Source: Eledone cirrhosa (taxonomy: Eukaryota). From it: 64,000 nt of DNA. Positions 53,020-64,000 of the stretch are shown one piece after another (position 1 is the stretch's first letter; each line of letters starts with the position of its first letter). The notes beneath the pieces are model-generated. The model searched no databases, was not told the origin of the DNA, and saw nothing but the letters and a program-made list of their open reading frames with translations. The DNA lies in contig OZ024741.1 in NCBI GenBank assembly GCA_964016885.1, positions 364,498,001 through 364,562,000 of the forward strand, given 5' to 3'. The translations under genes were made by a program, and so were the position numbers.

Positions 53020-53068
53020 ATCCTCCTAGAAAAAGAGTTGATGCAGTACAACTGAATGGCTCTCAAAG
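53020..53068 (+). CDS. BRSK2: BRSK/SAD-1 exon (DPPRKRVDAVQLNGSQ), phase 1-2
   Basis: ttttccAG acceptor, AAG|GTAAGA donor. DPPRKRVD is a hallmark BRSK motif. Confidence 0.95.
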
Positions 53069-53556
53069 GTAAGATCTTATAGCTACCTTTATCTGATATC
53101 CATTAATTTTGAAAAAGTTCCATATAATCTTTCTGACACAATTGAATTGTTCTTTTACATATTTTCATGTTTTGTTCATATAAGAATGACTTACTTTCAG
53201 ATTAAGAAAGAATCTCTGATTTATTGATTTTTAAAGGAAATTTTTAATATATTTAATGAATTTAAGTTCAAATAATCATCATATTTTGTATCATTTTGTA
53301 TCATGTAAACTGATATTCAAGTATAGATATAGGAAATTTTGAAAACATTCTATATAATTTAAAATAATAGGACAGAGAATTTGGAGAAAAAGTATGAATA
53401 AATAAAAACCCTTTTTACATTATAATAATTTCATTTATTTGTTACAAGGGCACCAGATGAATGGGACATTAATAGGACAAGTTACATAGATTGTTGGGGA
53501 AAATAGATCAGTACACCCCATCCACACATATATATGTGTTTGTGTGTGTGTACATC

Positions 53557-53607
<51 letters not shown>

Positions 53608-53619
53608 TACACATTAGGA

Positions 53620-54540
53620 AAAAGGCCTGGTACAGGAGAACCTTCAAAAATGGTTGATTGAAGAATCCCTCAGATCCATAGTTACTTTAACCACCAATAA
53701 ACCTGGACTCCTTTTCAGCCCCCCAGGCTCATGCTGAGAGTAGAACCATTCTCTGTTGCCAATTTTGCCACAATACACCCACCTTTTGAAGAAATCACTG
53801 AGGGAGTAAACCTCCCTCTTCACCCTTCCAATCTTTTCAGGTGAAACTTAAAAACGTTAATGAGTGTTTGACTGAAGAGGCAGTTATTTGTCCTTAGTCT
53901 TCTCAACACCATACATCATTTACCATAGTCACCAAACAGAGAAAGACTGCCTGGCTTTCTCTGTTGAAGGAGGGTGGTAGTATAATGCTAAAAATGAACT
54001 CAGTTGGTAGGCAGATTCATCCTATATGTGACAGTAGCTGTTCGACATAACTTCACAATTAAGTAATGCCCAGACATGTGGAACAGTTTTGTCACCTTGC
54101 ACACTTCTATGATCCACCTGACATCCTTTCTGTGTCTGTAGAGTTTACCTCAAACGATCAGTGCTCCACCTTTTGCCTGATGGCATTGCCATGCCAAGGA
54201 TTTCTGGAAATAATCCATAGTATTCTTCAACCTGAAAGTCCTCTGTAATAGACCTGACAATTCATCTCCTAGTGCTTCCACCAAGAGCATTGTTGCTTTT
54301 CCTTTGCCACAAGTCCTCTATAGATTGCTAGAGTGGAACTCCTGACTAGTAGAGGGTGGTGAACATGTAACATTCTCAATGCTAGGCACCCAGTCACAGC
54401 ATTTGCTTGAGACAAGTTGTGGAAAAACAAGCCTCATGAACGGAGACCATACATTTTCAAAATCTAAGGATTTCTGCAAATGATGCTGCCACAGCATCTG
54501 GCTATGTATCAGAAGTCACAGCAAGCTGAGTCCTTCACTA
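53620..54540 (-). mobile_element. Decayed L1/Tx1-like non-LTR fragment (C-terminal zinc-knuckle region)
   Basis: Minus strand reads MDYFQKSLAWQCH...GALIV*GKLYRH, resembling the region before the Tx1 CCHC motif. GC-richer island. Confidence 0.5.
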
Positions 54541-55598
54541 CTGAAAAATCAACTTAAACTAATGATGATTTTTCTAATCCTTTGATTTTTACAATTTGTT
54601 CCTTTATGAAGTGTTTGGAATTATCATGCCATGTACTGTACTATTCTACTATTCTGTAATTCTAAGACTGCTTTGCTTTCTATTCTGAAGCTTTTGCATT
54701 GTCTATATCTTTTCAAACTAAAATCGTATCCTACATACATACGTACATACAGAAGCACATACATAGGCACGCACATATATACATACACATACATATACAT
54801 ATACAGACATACACATATATGCATACACATAGATATGCACATACATATACAGACACACACATATATGTTTCAGTGTGTGTTGGACCTTTTGGTTCTACCA
54901 ACAAGTATTCCAGTTGTTCAATCAATCAGGTAGTGAGAGCTTAACATTAATATACAAGTGACTGAGCATTCCATAGACATGTGGTGTCATTAATGTAATT
55001 CTTAAGGAGATTTACCATGACACAATGTATGATGAAGTTATCCCTAAAAATTACTGGTACAATTCGCTTTTCCAGCTGAGTCAACTACAGCAATGTGAAA
55101 TAAAGTGCTTTGTTCAAGGACTTAATGCACCACTCAGTCAAGGAATTGAACTCAGGACTCACAATCATGAGCCCAACATCATAATCACTAAACCACAAAC
55201 ATTCTCAATACTTAGACACATAAACATACATACTCAGATTTTGTATTCTGGGTTCAAATCCCACCTCTATCTGCCAGGATTTGCGGATGGCGGATAATAT
55301 CAGCAATGGAAAGACCAATGGAAACATGGTTTCTTTGGTTTTATTTCTTGATTAGCTCCTTTCTTTTTCTTTTTTTTTTAACATCTTCATAACAATATAC
55401 AGTTTAAAACAAAGTTACATATTTACTATTAATTTCATGCTTTTTTTTTTTCAATGATTAATTTTTTTTCATAAGAATTTTCCTAAGAATGAAAATCTTG
55501 TCAAAATAGTATATTTCTCTAACTGTAGCTGATATTTTGTCTGACTTGAGCATGTAATTAACATGAGCCTTCATCCTATTGTCTTTCTTTGCCTTCAG

Positions 55599-55670
55599 CC
55601 GACTTTCATTAGGCAGCATCAGTGAAGGATCCCCTGTTGCTTCTCGGAGGGCACTTGCCATTCAGCAAGT
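55599..55670 (+). CDS. BRSK2: BRSK/SAD-1 exon (RLSLGSISEGSPVASRRALAIQQ), phase 2-2
   Basis: Pyrimidine tract + CAG, GTAAGT donor at 55671. GSPV..RRA matches BRSK. Confidence 0.9.
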
Positions 55671-58567
55671 GTAAGTAGCATGGGTTTCATCACTTCTCTC
55701 TATCTGTGTTTTCTGTGTTGTTTGCCTGCTCTTATAGAAATATATATATATTTTTCTTTTTTCTGTTTTCTTTGTTTATTTGATGTTATTATGTCTTTGC
55801 CTTTAGCATATCAAACTTATAAACATGTCACTCAGTAGTAAAAAAAATGACAGTCTAACCCTTTCATTGCCATATTTCTAAAAAAAATTTTATTTCTATG
55901 ATTTTCAAGTCACTTTGAAAATAACCAAGAATTTGGAGGCATTAAGTAATATAACTAATTTTTTAATTATTAAGCTGGTTTTTGAATCCTAATTTAAAGG
56001 TTTTTACATAAAATTATGATTGAAAGTTTTTAGAAAAATATAAACACTTTAAAACAAACATCTTAGTATCATAGAACCAGTGGTAGTTTCAAGAGGTTTA
56101 TTATCAAAAGGACTAAATAAAGAGAGAACACATAAAATACTGTAGTCAGTTTACATACCCTTAAAATGATGTGACGGTCACAGCTGCAATGCCTTTGATC
56201 CTAGAGCTGCTTCATCAGAGTTGACTGGGGTCTAAACAATAACAACAACAGCAACTATGAGATAGAGGTAGATTTCATTTTGTCTTAATTATGTGTATGT
56301 CATTAATTTAACTGCAAATCATCAATTTTTTTTTTCATCTTTCATGTAATTTTCTTATCTATGTCTATTCTTATTAATGAATATCAATAAGTTTATCGCT
56401 GTGAAATCTTTAATTTTATCTGTAATAAATAGAAAAATATTAACATTTTCTATTATTTTAAGATACATTTATTTTCGAAAAGCATTTAATGTTATTCCTA
56501 TTGTATGTAGGTGTAATTATTTTCAATATAAATTAATTAATTAATTCATCTAGAAATGTTAATTACTTTGTAATTATTTGCAATTTACTAAGAAATTCAA
56601 ACATACTGTATTTGAATGTGAGATAGCTGTAAATTTAGTTGAATATTTAATTAAATACACAAATTTTCTGACACCCTTGTTTCCAGACTCTGCTGGATTA
56701 TCTGTTGTGCCTGACTGTATAATAGTTCTCTAGAAACACTCTCCATACTCCTCAATTATGAAGGTGAAACTGTTTAAAATTAAATCTGATGCCATGTGAT
56801 AAACCTTTTAATATAAATTAACTAGTCTGGTCGATTGTATGTACCCCAATAATTATATTAACATCATCATCATCATTTAATGTTTCCCCTGCTAGCAAGA
56901 GTTGAAAGAGTCATTACAGATGAAGTCAGTACTTAGCCAGAACCACTGCCTTCTTAGAGGGGGTACATTTCACTTATATATATTCCCATACACTACAGAG
57001 TGCCCTGTGTGAGTTTATTGTGGTACCAGCACTTGGAATGCTGTCATGTCTTGTACACAACTAAAAAGTCCTCTTGATTCTTTTTTGGCAAGTTTTCTAT
57101 GGCTGGATGCCCATCATATCACCAACTCTTTACAAAATGTACTGTATGTATTTAACATGACACCAACACTAAAGAGGTTGTCATACCTTTAGCACAACTA
57201 TATAAAAATGGGTGCTAGACTATGTTACCAGAAAATTAGTGCTGTACTTGTACTGCATGAGAATGGAATTTAAAATGTTTTGTTGGTAGCCACCATTATC
57301 GGATATCTAAAAAAAAAAATGGCATCACAGGATTCTAGATGTAAATTCTAGCTAATAAGATTGATCAATTCAGTTGAAATCAGTCACATCTCCCTTGAAT
57401 TGCATCCTATTGTATTACCTCTTAACATCCTATAGTGATTTAATAGGAAATATCTGAAAACAGGTTTATTAATTCAGATGATTATAGTATATTTACTAGT
57501 GGACATAACATTGGGAACATTTGCAGCAAACTAAAATAAAGACTTTGATATTTATTTTGATGCAGTGATAGTGCTGTTTTATGCAGTTTCATGCAGTACA
57601 GGATGTTGACGATTATATGTAAAATAACATACTAGGCAATTTAGTTGAAGAAATATACAAAAAGGTATGATGATTAAGGTTAGAAAGTCTTTGATGAAGT
57701 CAGAGCATAGAGAACCAGAATGAATATCATGTGACATTCTCTTTGTCACTTAAATAACTAACAAATCACTGCCTTATATACCAATATATAAAGTTACAGA
57801 TATTGTTTTCCTCCCTCCTAGGCAGTGTACTCATTTTTATGAAATCATGAAAGAGTATAAAGTTTGAATTAATTTTTAATATAATCAAGATTTTGGAGAG
57901 GTTTTGTATAACAACTAATATTTTATATATTGGTGCGTATTAAGATGATGTTGATAGAATTGAAATTTGAATATAAATCAGTTCTAATTTAGATATAAAC
58001 ACTTTAGTGTTTATATCTAAATTAGTTCTAGGCTGTTTATATCTAAATTAGTTCTAGGCTGTTCAGTATTAACCCTTCATTACCATACGTTTCATGAAAG
58101 ACACTGCTTTTTGAAAATAAAAAATTTAGTAATATAACTAACTTTTTCATTATTATGCTAGTATTTGGAACACAACTTAACAAAGGTTCTTACATAAAAT
58201 TATGATGGAAATTTTTAGATAAATATAAACACTTTAAAACAATCAGGTTTGTAAGAGAGAACCTGGGTTGATTTCAGGTAGTTTGGCATTGAAAGGGTCA
58301 CATATTTTTGTACTTAGTTGGTCAATGTTTAAATTTTTGTTAATATTGTTTTGTGTGTTGTTTTTATTTTATTTTGTGCTATGTACACCCAGTTTGAAAT
58401 AGGTACACTATATCCCTGTATCTCATAAGAGATACAGGGATACAGTGGTTTGTGTCTGGAAGAGCACCTGACTGTAAAACGTTATCTCAAAAAGGACCCA
58501 TGATAGTATGAACCCTGTCATGGGGCCTGCAAGGTACACTTCTGCTTTAGCAAGGAAACGGTTTTAA

Positions 58568-58778
58568 CCCTTTAGCATTTACATTACTCTATATTTATTT
58601 GTGGTAAAGTCTTTACCTCACATAATTATCTCACATCATATAGAATCTACGAGATCTTGATATTATTTATTTTGAGAACAATACCTTAACATGGGTATGA
58701 GTGGCCGGTTACAACCTGTTTGAACAGAAAGAAGTGAGAGAATTCTGGCCAGATACAGTCGGTTTAAATGCTAAAGGG
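58568..58778. mobile_element. piggyBac-like MITE family B
   Basis: Same TIRs and TTAA flanks as 50167-50386. Confidence 0.88.
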
Positions 58779-59089
58779 TTAAAATGCTTGTTGTGTTTTG
58801 TTATATTTATTTTTATGTTTATCTTATGAAAGTGCCATTACTTTATACCTCTGCTTTCCATCATCTTTATCTTTCAATTAACTCTTTATTTGCACCCTCT
58901 CACATTCCCTGTCTTTTAACATGTTGCTTGCTTTCCAAACTTCCATTGCTCTTCCTTCAAAAAATAATTTTTAATTGCCATATATATTGCAATCTACTTT
59001 ACACTTTTTGTCAATATTTTTATTTGACAGAATCTTTTCAAAGATTTTTTTGTTTATTTTGCAAGATTGATCTTAAATCATGTATTGAA

Positions 59090-60080
59090 ACAGATATTGT
59101 TGTACTTTGGGAGGGTCATGCTACCAATAAGAGCACATGCACTGGTAGGTTTTCACTTCAGTTATATTTATTAGGTAATTGTGTCTTGATTAATCAACCA
59201 ATTAATTAATTTGTCAAAGTCCTTTCATTACAGCCTGTGGCCTTATTGATGACTAGTGTCCTCCACATACATGCCATTTTTTCTGTTCCTTTATTGGGGG
59301 GGGGGGGGGGGGTTCATGTCAGGATGAGGTGTGTAAATAGACAAATAAATAAAAGAAACACAAAGAAAGGCAACAGAAGTCACACAGATATATGTAGATA
59401 CATGCATGCTTGTGCATACCACACACCTGAGGGCACGAAAGAAAAAGACAGACAGCATAGATAGTGTTAGTGTGGGTGAAGAAGAGACACAGATAGCAAT
59501 AGTCATCGATAATATCAGAAGCTTTGACAAAAGAACTTCAAGAATTAATTAATTAGTTGATTAATCAACTGATTAGTAGATTAATTACCTGATTAATAGT
59601 TGTTTTTACTTTTGGCACAAGGCCAGCAATTATCCCAGTGCATTACTGGTGCTTAAGTTAACCTCAGCGGGATTTGAACTCAGACCATAAAGGGACGTAA
59701 CTCTATGCTGCAAAGCATGGCGTCTGATGCTCTACCGATACTGCCAATCCACCTCCCTTATTAATAATGGCTCCTAATTTTGGCACAAGGTCAGAAATTT
59801 GGAGCAAAGAAAAAGTTGATTATATCGATCCCCAGTACTTGACCGGTACTTTATTTACTGACCCCAGAAAGATGAACAGCAAAGTTGATTTCAGCAGGAT
59901 TTAAATTCAGAATGTAAAGGGCCATAACTAAATGTTACAGAATATTTTGCCTGACATTCTAATGATTCTGTCAATTCATCATCCCTACTTGATTGATAAT
60001 AAACTGAAGTGAAACATAACTAGTGCTTGTGTTCAATAATTTACAGCAGCATGGCCTTCCCAAAATAGAACAATATCTTT
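59090..60080. mobile_element. Long-TIR (foldback-like) element with two SINEs inserted in the right arm
   Basis: gatattgttgtactttgggagggtcatgct...ttttcacttcagtt (59093+) is inverted as aactgaagtgaaac...agcatggccttcccaaaatagaacaatatc (60002+). Inner part of the right arm at 59543-59592. Confidence 0.65.
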
Positions 60081-60819
60081 TCAAAGATTAAACAAATAAA
60101 CTTCCCTGTAAATCATTGTTGGCTAAAAATAATTATTATCATCGGTATCTTCAGTAACTATTTTTTTTTCATTTGTTATAAAAGTTAACTTGCTTCACAT
60201 GTGATGTGCCAATTCATATATGCTGCACATATGTAAATTTTCACTTCATTTCCAGATTTGCGGCTGTATGTATAGATATGTGTGTTTATAGTTTATATAC
60301 TTTTTGCATATAAAACATCTGCTGGAGGTTGTTCATCAGTTATATATAAACTGTATCTTATACCAATATATATAACAGTACCAAGTAAATGTCACCGGTG
60401 ACCATGTACCATTTCAAGTATCTGATATTCTCACTGAGATAACTGTGACATGATCACAGCTTAAAACATTCATAGCAAGACATATATATGTTTATTATAC
60501 ATAACCATATTGTATACGCTTTCATATACACCTCATATATATATATATATGTGTGTGTGTGTACTTGTACACACGTATGTATATATATATATTTGGATCC
60601 TAGCAAATATACCATCTTAATGTTATTTGAAAATATTTATATATCCATAAACTTAATTTCAAAAATTGTAATTTGTTTAATGAAATATATATTAATTGTT
60701 TGAAGATGTTCTTTTACTCTTTTGTCTGTTCCAGCCGATGAGCTGTGACCATGCTGGGGCACTGCTATTACACTTTTAATTCAAATTGTTTTTATTTGTT
60801 TTTTGTTTACTTACTTTAG

Positions 60820-61022
60820 GAGAAAAGCCAGTATAACAGGAAGTCCTGGTTCATCACCTCTATCAAGTCCAAAGTTGTCTCAACGTGCTACACCTACTAA
60901 CAGCCCCACTAACACTCCTCCAACATCCCCAAGAATCACTCCAGCACCATGGAAAACTCGTCTTCATACTATTAAAAACAGTTTTCTGGGATCTCCTCGC
61001 TTTCACAGACGTAAACTTCAAG
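60820..61022 (+). CDS. BRSK2: BRSK/SAD-1 exon, Ser/Pro-rich region and [25 protein letters not shown], phase 2-1
   Basis: ORF 60803..61120, T-rich acceptor with TAG at 60817-60819. [17 protein letters not shown] is nearly invariant in BRSK1/2. The proximal donor GTATTC at 61023 is weak. Confidence 0.93.
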
Positions 61023-61842
61023 GTATTCCCTACCACAATGGCCTTCTATTTGAAATGGATCAGATCTCAGGTGAATTATATTATAGGCATGTAGGAGTTG
61101 ACTTGAAAATTGAAAAATAAACCAATACTGCTGGTTTGTTTGCAAAATGCAGCATGGACCTACATCAACATCACAGCCTTGTTGCAATCTCCACCCTTAA
61201 TTGTCAACTATCGTCACTGCTGCAATCACTGCTTTACTTACTAACTAACAAACCCAATCCTACCTTAATAATACTTGTTTTATCTGAGATTTGACTCATT
61301 TTTCATATTTCCTTTTTTTTTTATATTGTGTAAAACTATTTTAAATGCTTTCCAGTATTTTATCTTTTTTCTACAAATTACTTTGTTTTAAAATTACTTT
61401 CTTAACCCTTTTCACTACTGTTTCTTATGAAAGACACTGCTTATGATTTTCAAATAGTTTTTAAAGTAATCTAGAATTTGGAGAGATTAAGTAATATAAC
61501 TAATTTTCTCATTATTATTCTGATGTTTGGAACATATCTTAACAAAGGTTTTTACATAAGATTATGATAGAAGGTTTTTAGATAAGTATTAATACATAAA
61601 AATAATCAGTCTTGTATCATAGAACAAAGGGCAGTTTTGTGGTTGGCATTACAAAGGGCCTTCACATGTAGAATTCATGCTTTAAGATATACAAGTGAGA
61701 TGCAGTTCTTCAATCCATCTAGTCTCAAACTATGATAATCTGCCGGAAAACAGAGGTCTTCACTTTGAATTATTTGTATCTGTTTACCATAATCTCTCAG
61801 ATCATTAATTTTCATTACTTATTATTATTATTACTTTGATAT

Positions 61843-62026
61843 AAGGGCGGTGAATTGGCAGTATCGGTAGAGGGTTGGACATGCTTCCCAGCATAGTTAC
61901 GTCCCTTTATGATCTGAGTTTAAATCCCACCGAGGTTAACTTTGCCTTTCATCCATACGGGGTTGATAAAATAAAGTACCAGTAATGTACTGGGTAATTG
62001 CTGGCCTTGTGCCAAAAGTAGAAACA
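61843..62026 (+). mobile_element. Full-length SINE with 16-bp TSD
   Basis: attattactttgatat at 61827-61842 and 62027-62042. Confidence 0.88.
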
Positions 62027-62042
62027 ATTATTACTTTGATAT

Positions 62043-62445
62043 CTCAGTCATTGATGCTATTTAACCAGAAAATTTTCACTAAGCCACTACCTACAACCCC
62101 AGATATTCAGGACGTATCAGAGGGTCCTTGCTGTTCCCAGTAGGCATGCCTTCTGGGGTGTACCAAAAAAGGGGACTTGGCTAATGTCCTTTAACAAGCT
62201 TTGGAAATTCTTCGAGACAGTACCTAGTGCTCCTATTATGATGGGGACGACCTTGATCTCATGAGAGTCCCAAATCCTTTTCATTTCCCACTGAAGATTC
62301 TGGTACTGGTTAATTTTCTCCTTCTCCTTTTCCTGAACTCTTGTTTCAAAGGGGCAAGCTACATCTATAATCAAGTAAAATCTTTTATTCTTGTCAAAAA
62401 CCACCAGCTCAGGCCTATTGTGTTCTAATTCTTTGTCCATTTGTT
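62043..62445 (-). mobile_element. 5'-truncated R4/Dong-like non-LTR element, restriction-like endonuclease domain
   Basis: HNRPELVVFDK...LIIDVACPFE...EKEKEKINQYQNL...VVPIIIGALG...QKACLLGTARTL. Confidence 0.88.
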
Positions 62446-62739
62446 CATTTGTATCATGATCATTATTATTATAATTATTATTATTATAATTATTATAATT
62501 ATTATAATTATTATTATAAAATTACGGGGTCGATAAAATAAAGTACCAGTAATGTACTGAGTAATTGCTGGCCTTGTGCCTAAAGTAGAAACAATTATTA
62601 TAAAATTAATGTTAAAAATAATTAATTTCAAATAAATATTGTGTTTGTGTGCATGCATTGCTGTGGAAACTAAAAATTCAATGGTGGTTTGCTGTGAATG
62701 ATTGTTGTGAATTGGATGCTTTGTATATATATCATGATC

Positions 62740-63140
62740 ATGATGATCATCATCATCGTTTAACGTCTATCTTCCACGCTAGCATGGGTTTAGACGAGAA
62801 TTGTCCCACGTGAGGCAAGATTGGTTGTCTTGCTTGTATAGGATTGTCTGACGGGTTTTCTATGGCTCGATGCCCTTCCTAACACCAACTACGTTTACAG
62901 TGTGGACTGGGAGGTTTTTACCGTGTTACCTACACGGCCACATTACAGCGTGGACTGTGTTTTTTTGTTGTGACACCTACACGACCTCATTTATTTAGGA
63001 CTGGATATTGTGGCACCGACATAACTTTACAGAGAAAGGGGTGGTGTAGATGGCAGTGGGGGTAGGGGTAGTGGGATGGGGGTGTATTTTTGGTTAGGAT
63101 GTGCCCACTGACTGTAGGTTTCACTTTGTACTTAGGCAAG
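62740..63140 (-). mobile_element. RTE LINE 3' UTR copy without ORF
   Basis: Collinear with 16727-17120. Confidence 0.85.
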
Positions 63141-63177
<37 letters not shown>

Positions 63178-63470
63178 GGATGAGGTGTTGAATCTTTGTT
63201 ACATTTATTGAGTTGTGACACGCGTGTCATGATTGATCAGCTCGAGGCTCAATCTGTTTCGATTGGGCCCAACTCTGGAATATATATATATATAGTAATA
63301 ATAATAAATGTGACGACTAAAATCCGAAGAGGGCTTGATTAGGATAATATATATATAAAATATATAAAATTGTAAAGCATTGCCAGGGAACACCCTCACG
63401 AACCAAAGTATCTTCGGTTGCAACATTTCTCGAAATATTTACTTTTGCGTCCACAGATTGATTTTTTTTT

Positions 63471-63521
63471 AGTTTCAGAAGATCCCGTTAAGGGTGAAAG
63501 CAGCGATTCTTTGCTAAAACT
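63471..63521 (+). ncRNA. Hammerhead-ribozyme-like fold, second copy (CUA triplet)
   Basis: Same stems as 15742-15792, differing only at the unpaired H17 position. Confidence 0.4.
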
Positions 63522-64000
63522 TTAATCTGTTATTTTAATAAATAATTAATATACATATATATATATATACATGCCCCCTGTCCCACTGTGAAGTGGTCGT
63601 GGAGGTGCCATGGCAAAAAAGCACCTAGCCCACATTGTAAAGTGGACGTGTAGGCGCCACGGAAAAAAACTCCCAGCACTCACTGTAAATGAGGTTGCTG
63701 TTAGCAAGAGCATCCAGCTGTAGAAATCAAGATAGAATCAGTTCCCGTATGAGCAAGACAAAGACAGCCAACTGGACACTGCCCACAACAGGACAACCCG
63801 TCTAACCCATGCTAGCATGGAAGAACGGACGTAAAACAGTGATGATGATGATATATATATATATATAACCCCTTAAATACCATATTTCTTTTGAAACAAC
63901 ACAGTGCCTATGATTTTCAAATAGTTTTGAAGATAATCAAGAATTTAGAGGGATTTAGTAATATAACTAACTTTTCCATTATTTAACTGTAATTTGAAAC

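Noticed and set aside
56687-56763. Exon-like segments with good acceptors in the 55671-60819 intron
   Set aside because: In-frame TGA in the required phase 2 and weak donors.

Overview
AT-rich, repeat-dense animal genomic DNA. The SINE, MITE and microsatellite landscape suggests a coleoid cephalopod, probably Octopus (inference). The + strand carries the middle of a BRSK/SAD-1 family Ser/Thr kinase gene. Seven constitutive exons (504-538, 44291-44342, 49516-49628, 52131-52231, 53020-53068, 55599-55670, 60820-61022) splice in frame from the end of the kinase domain through the UBA domain to the [10 protein letters not shown] motif. The main observation is in the 43.75-kb phase-2 intron between kinase and UBA. 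It holds a series of short AG...GT-bounded segments of 12-90 nt, each a multiple of 3 and stop-free in the host frame. Several are flanked by TGCATG, ACTAAC or YCAY motifs. This is a candidate combinatorial microexon/cassette-exon array for the kinase-UBA linker, not yet supported by transcript data. Also notable: a SINE whose target-site duplication copies a splice donor, an in-frame alternative donor or alternative C-terminus at the last exon, and hammerhead-like folds in Penelope-like termini. The rest is LINE fragments (CR1, RTE, Tx1, R4/Dong, Penelope), SINEs, piggyBac/Tc1/pogo MITEs and microsatellites. Most ORFs in the supplied track are microsatellite or antisense artefacts.
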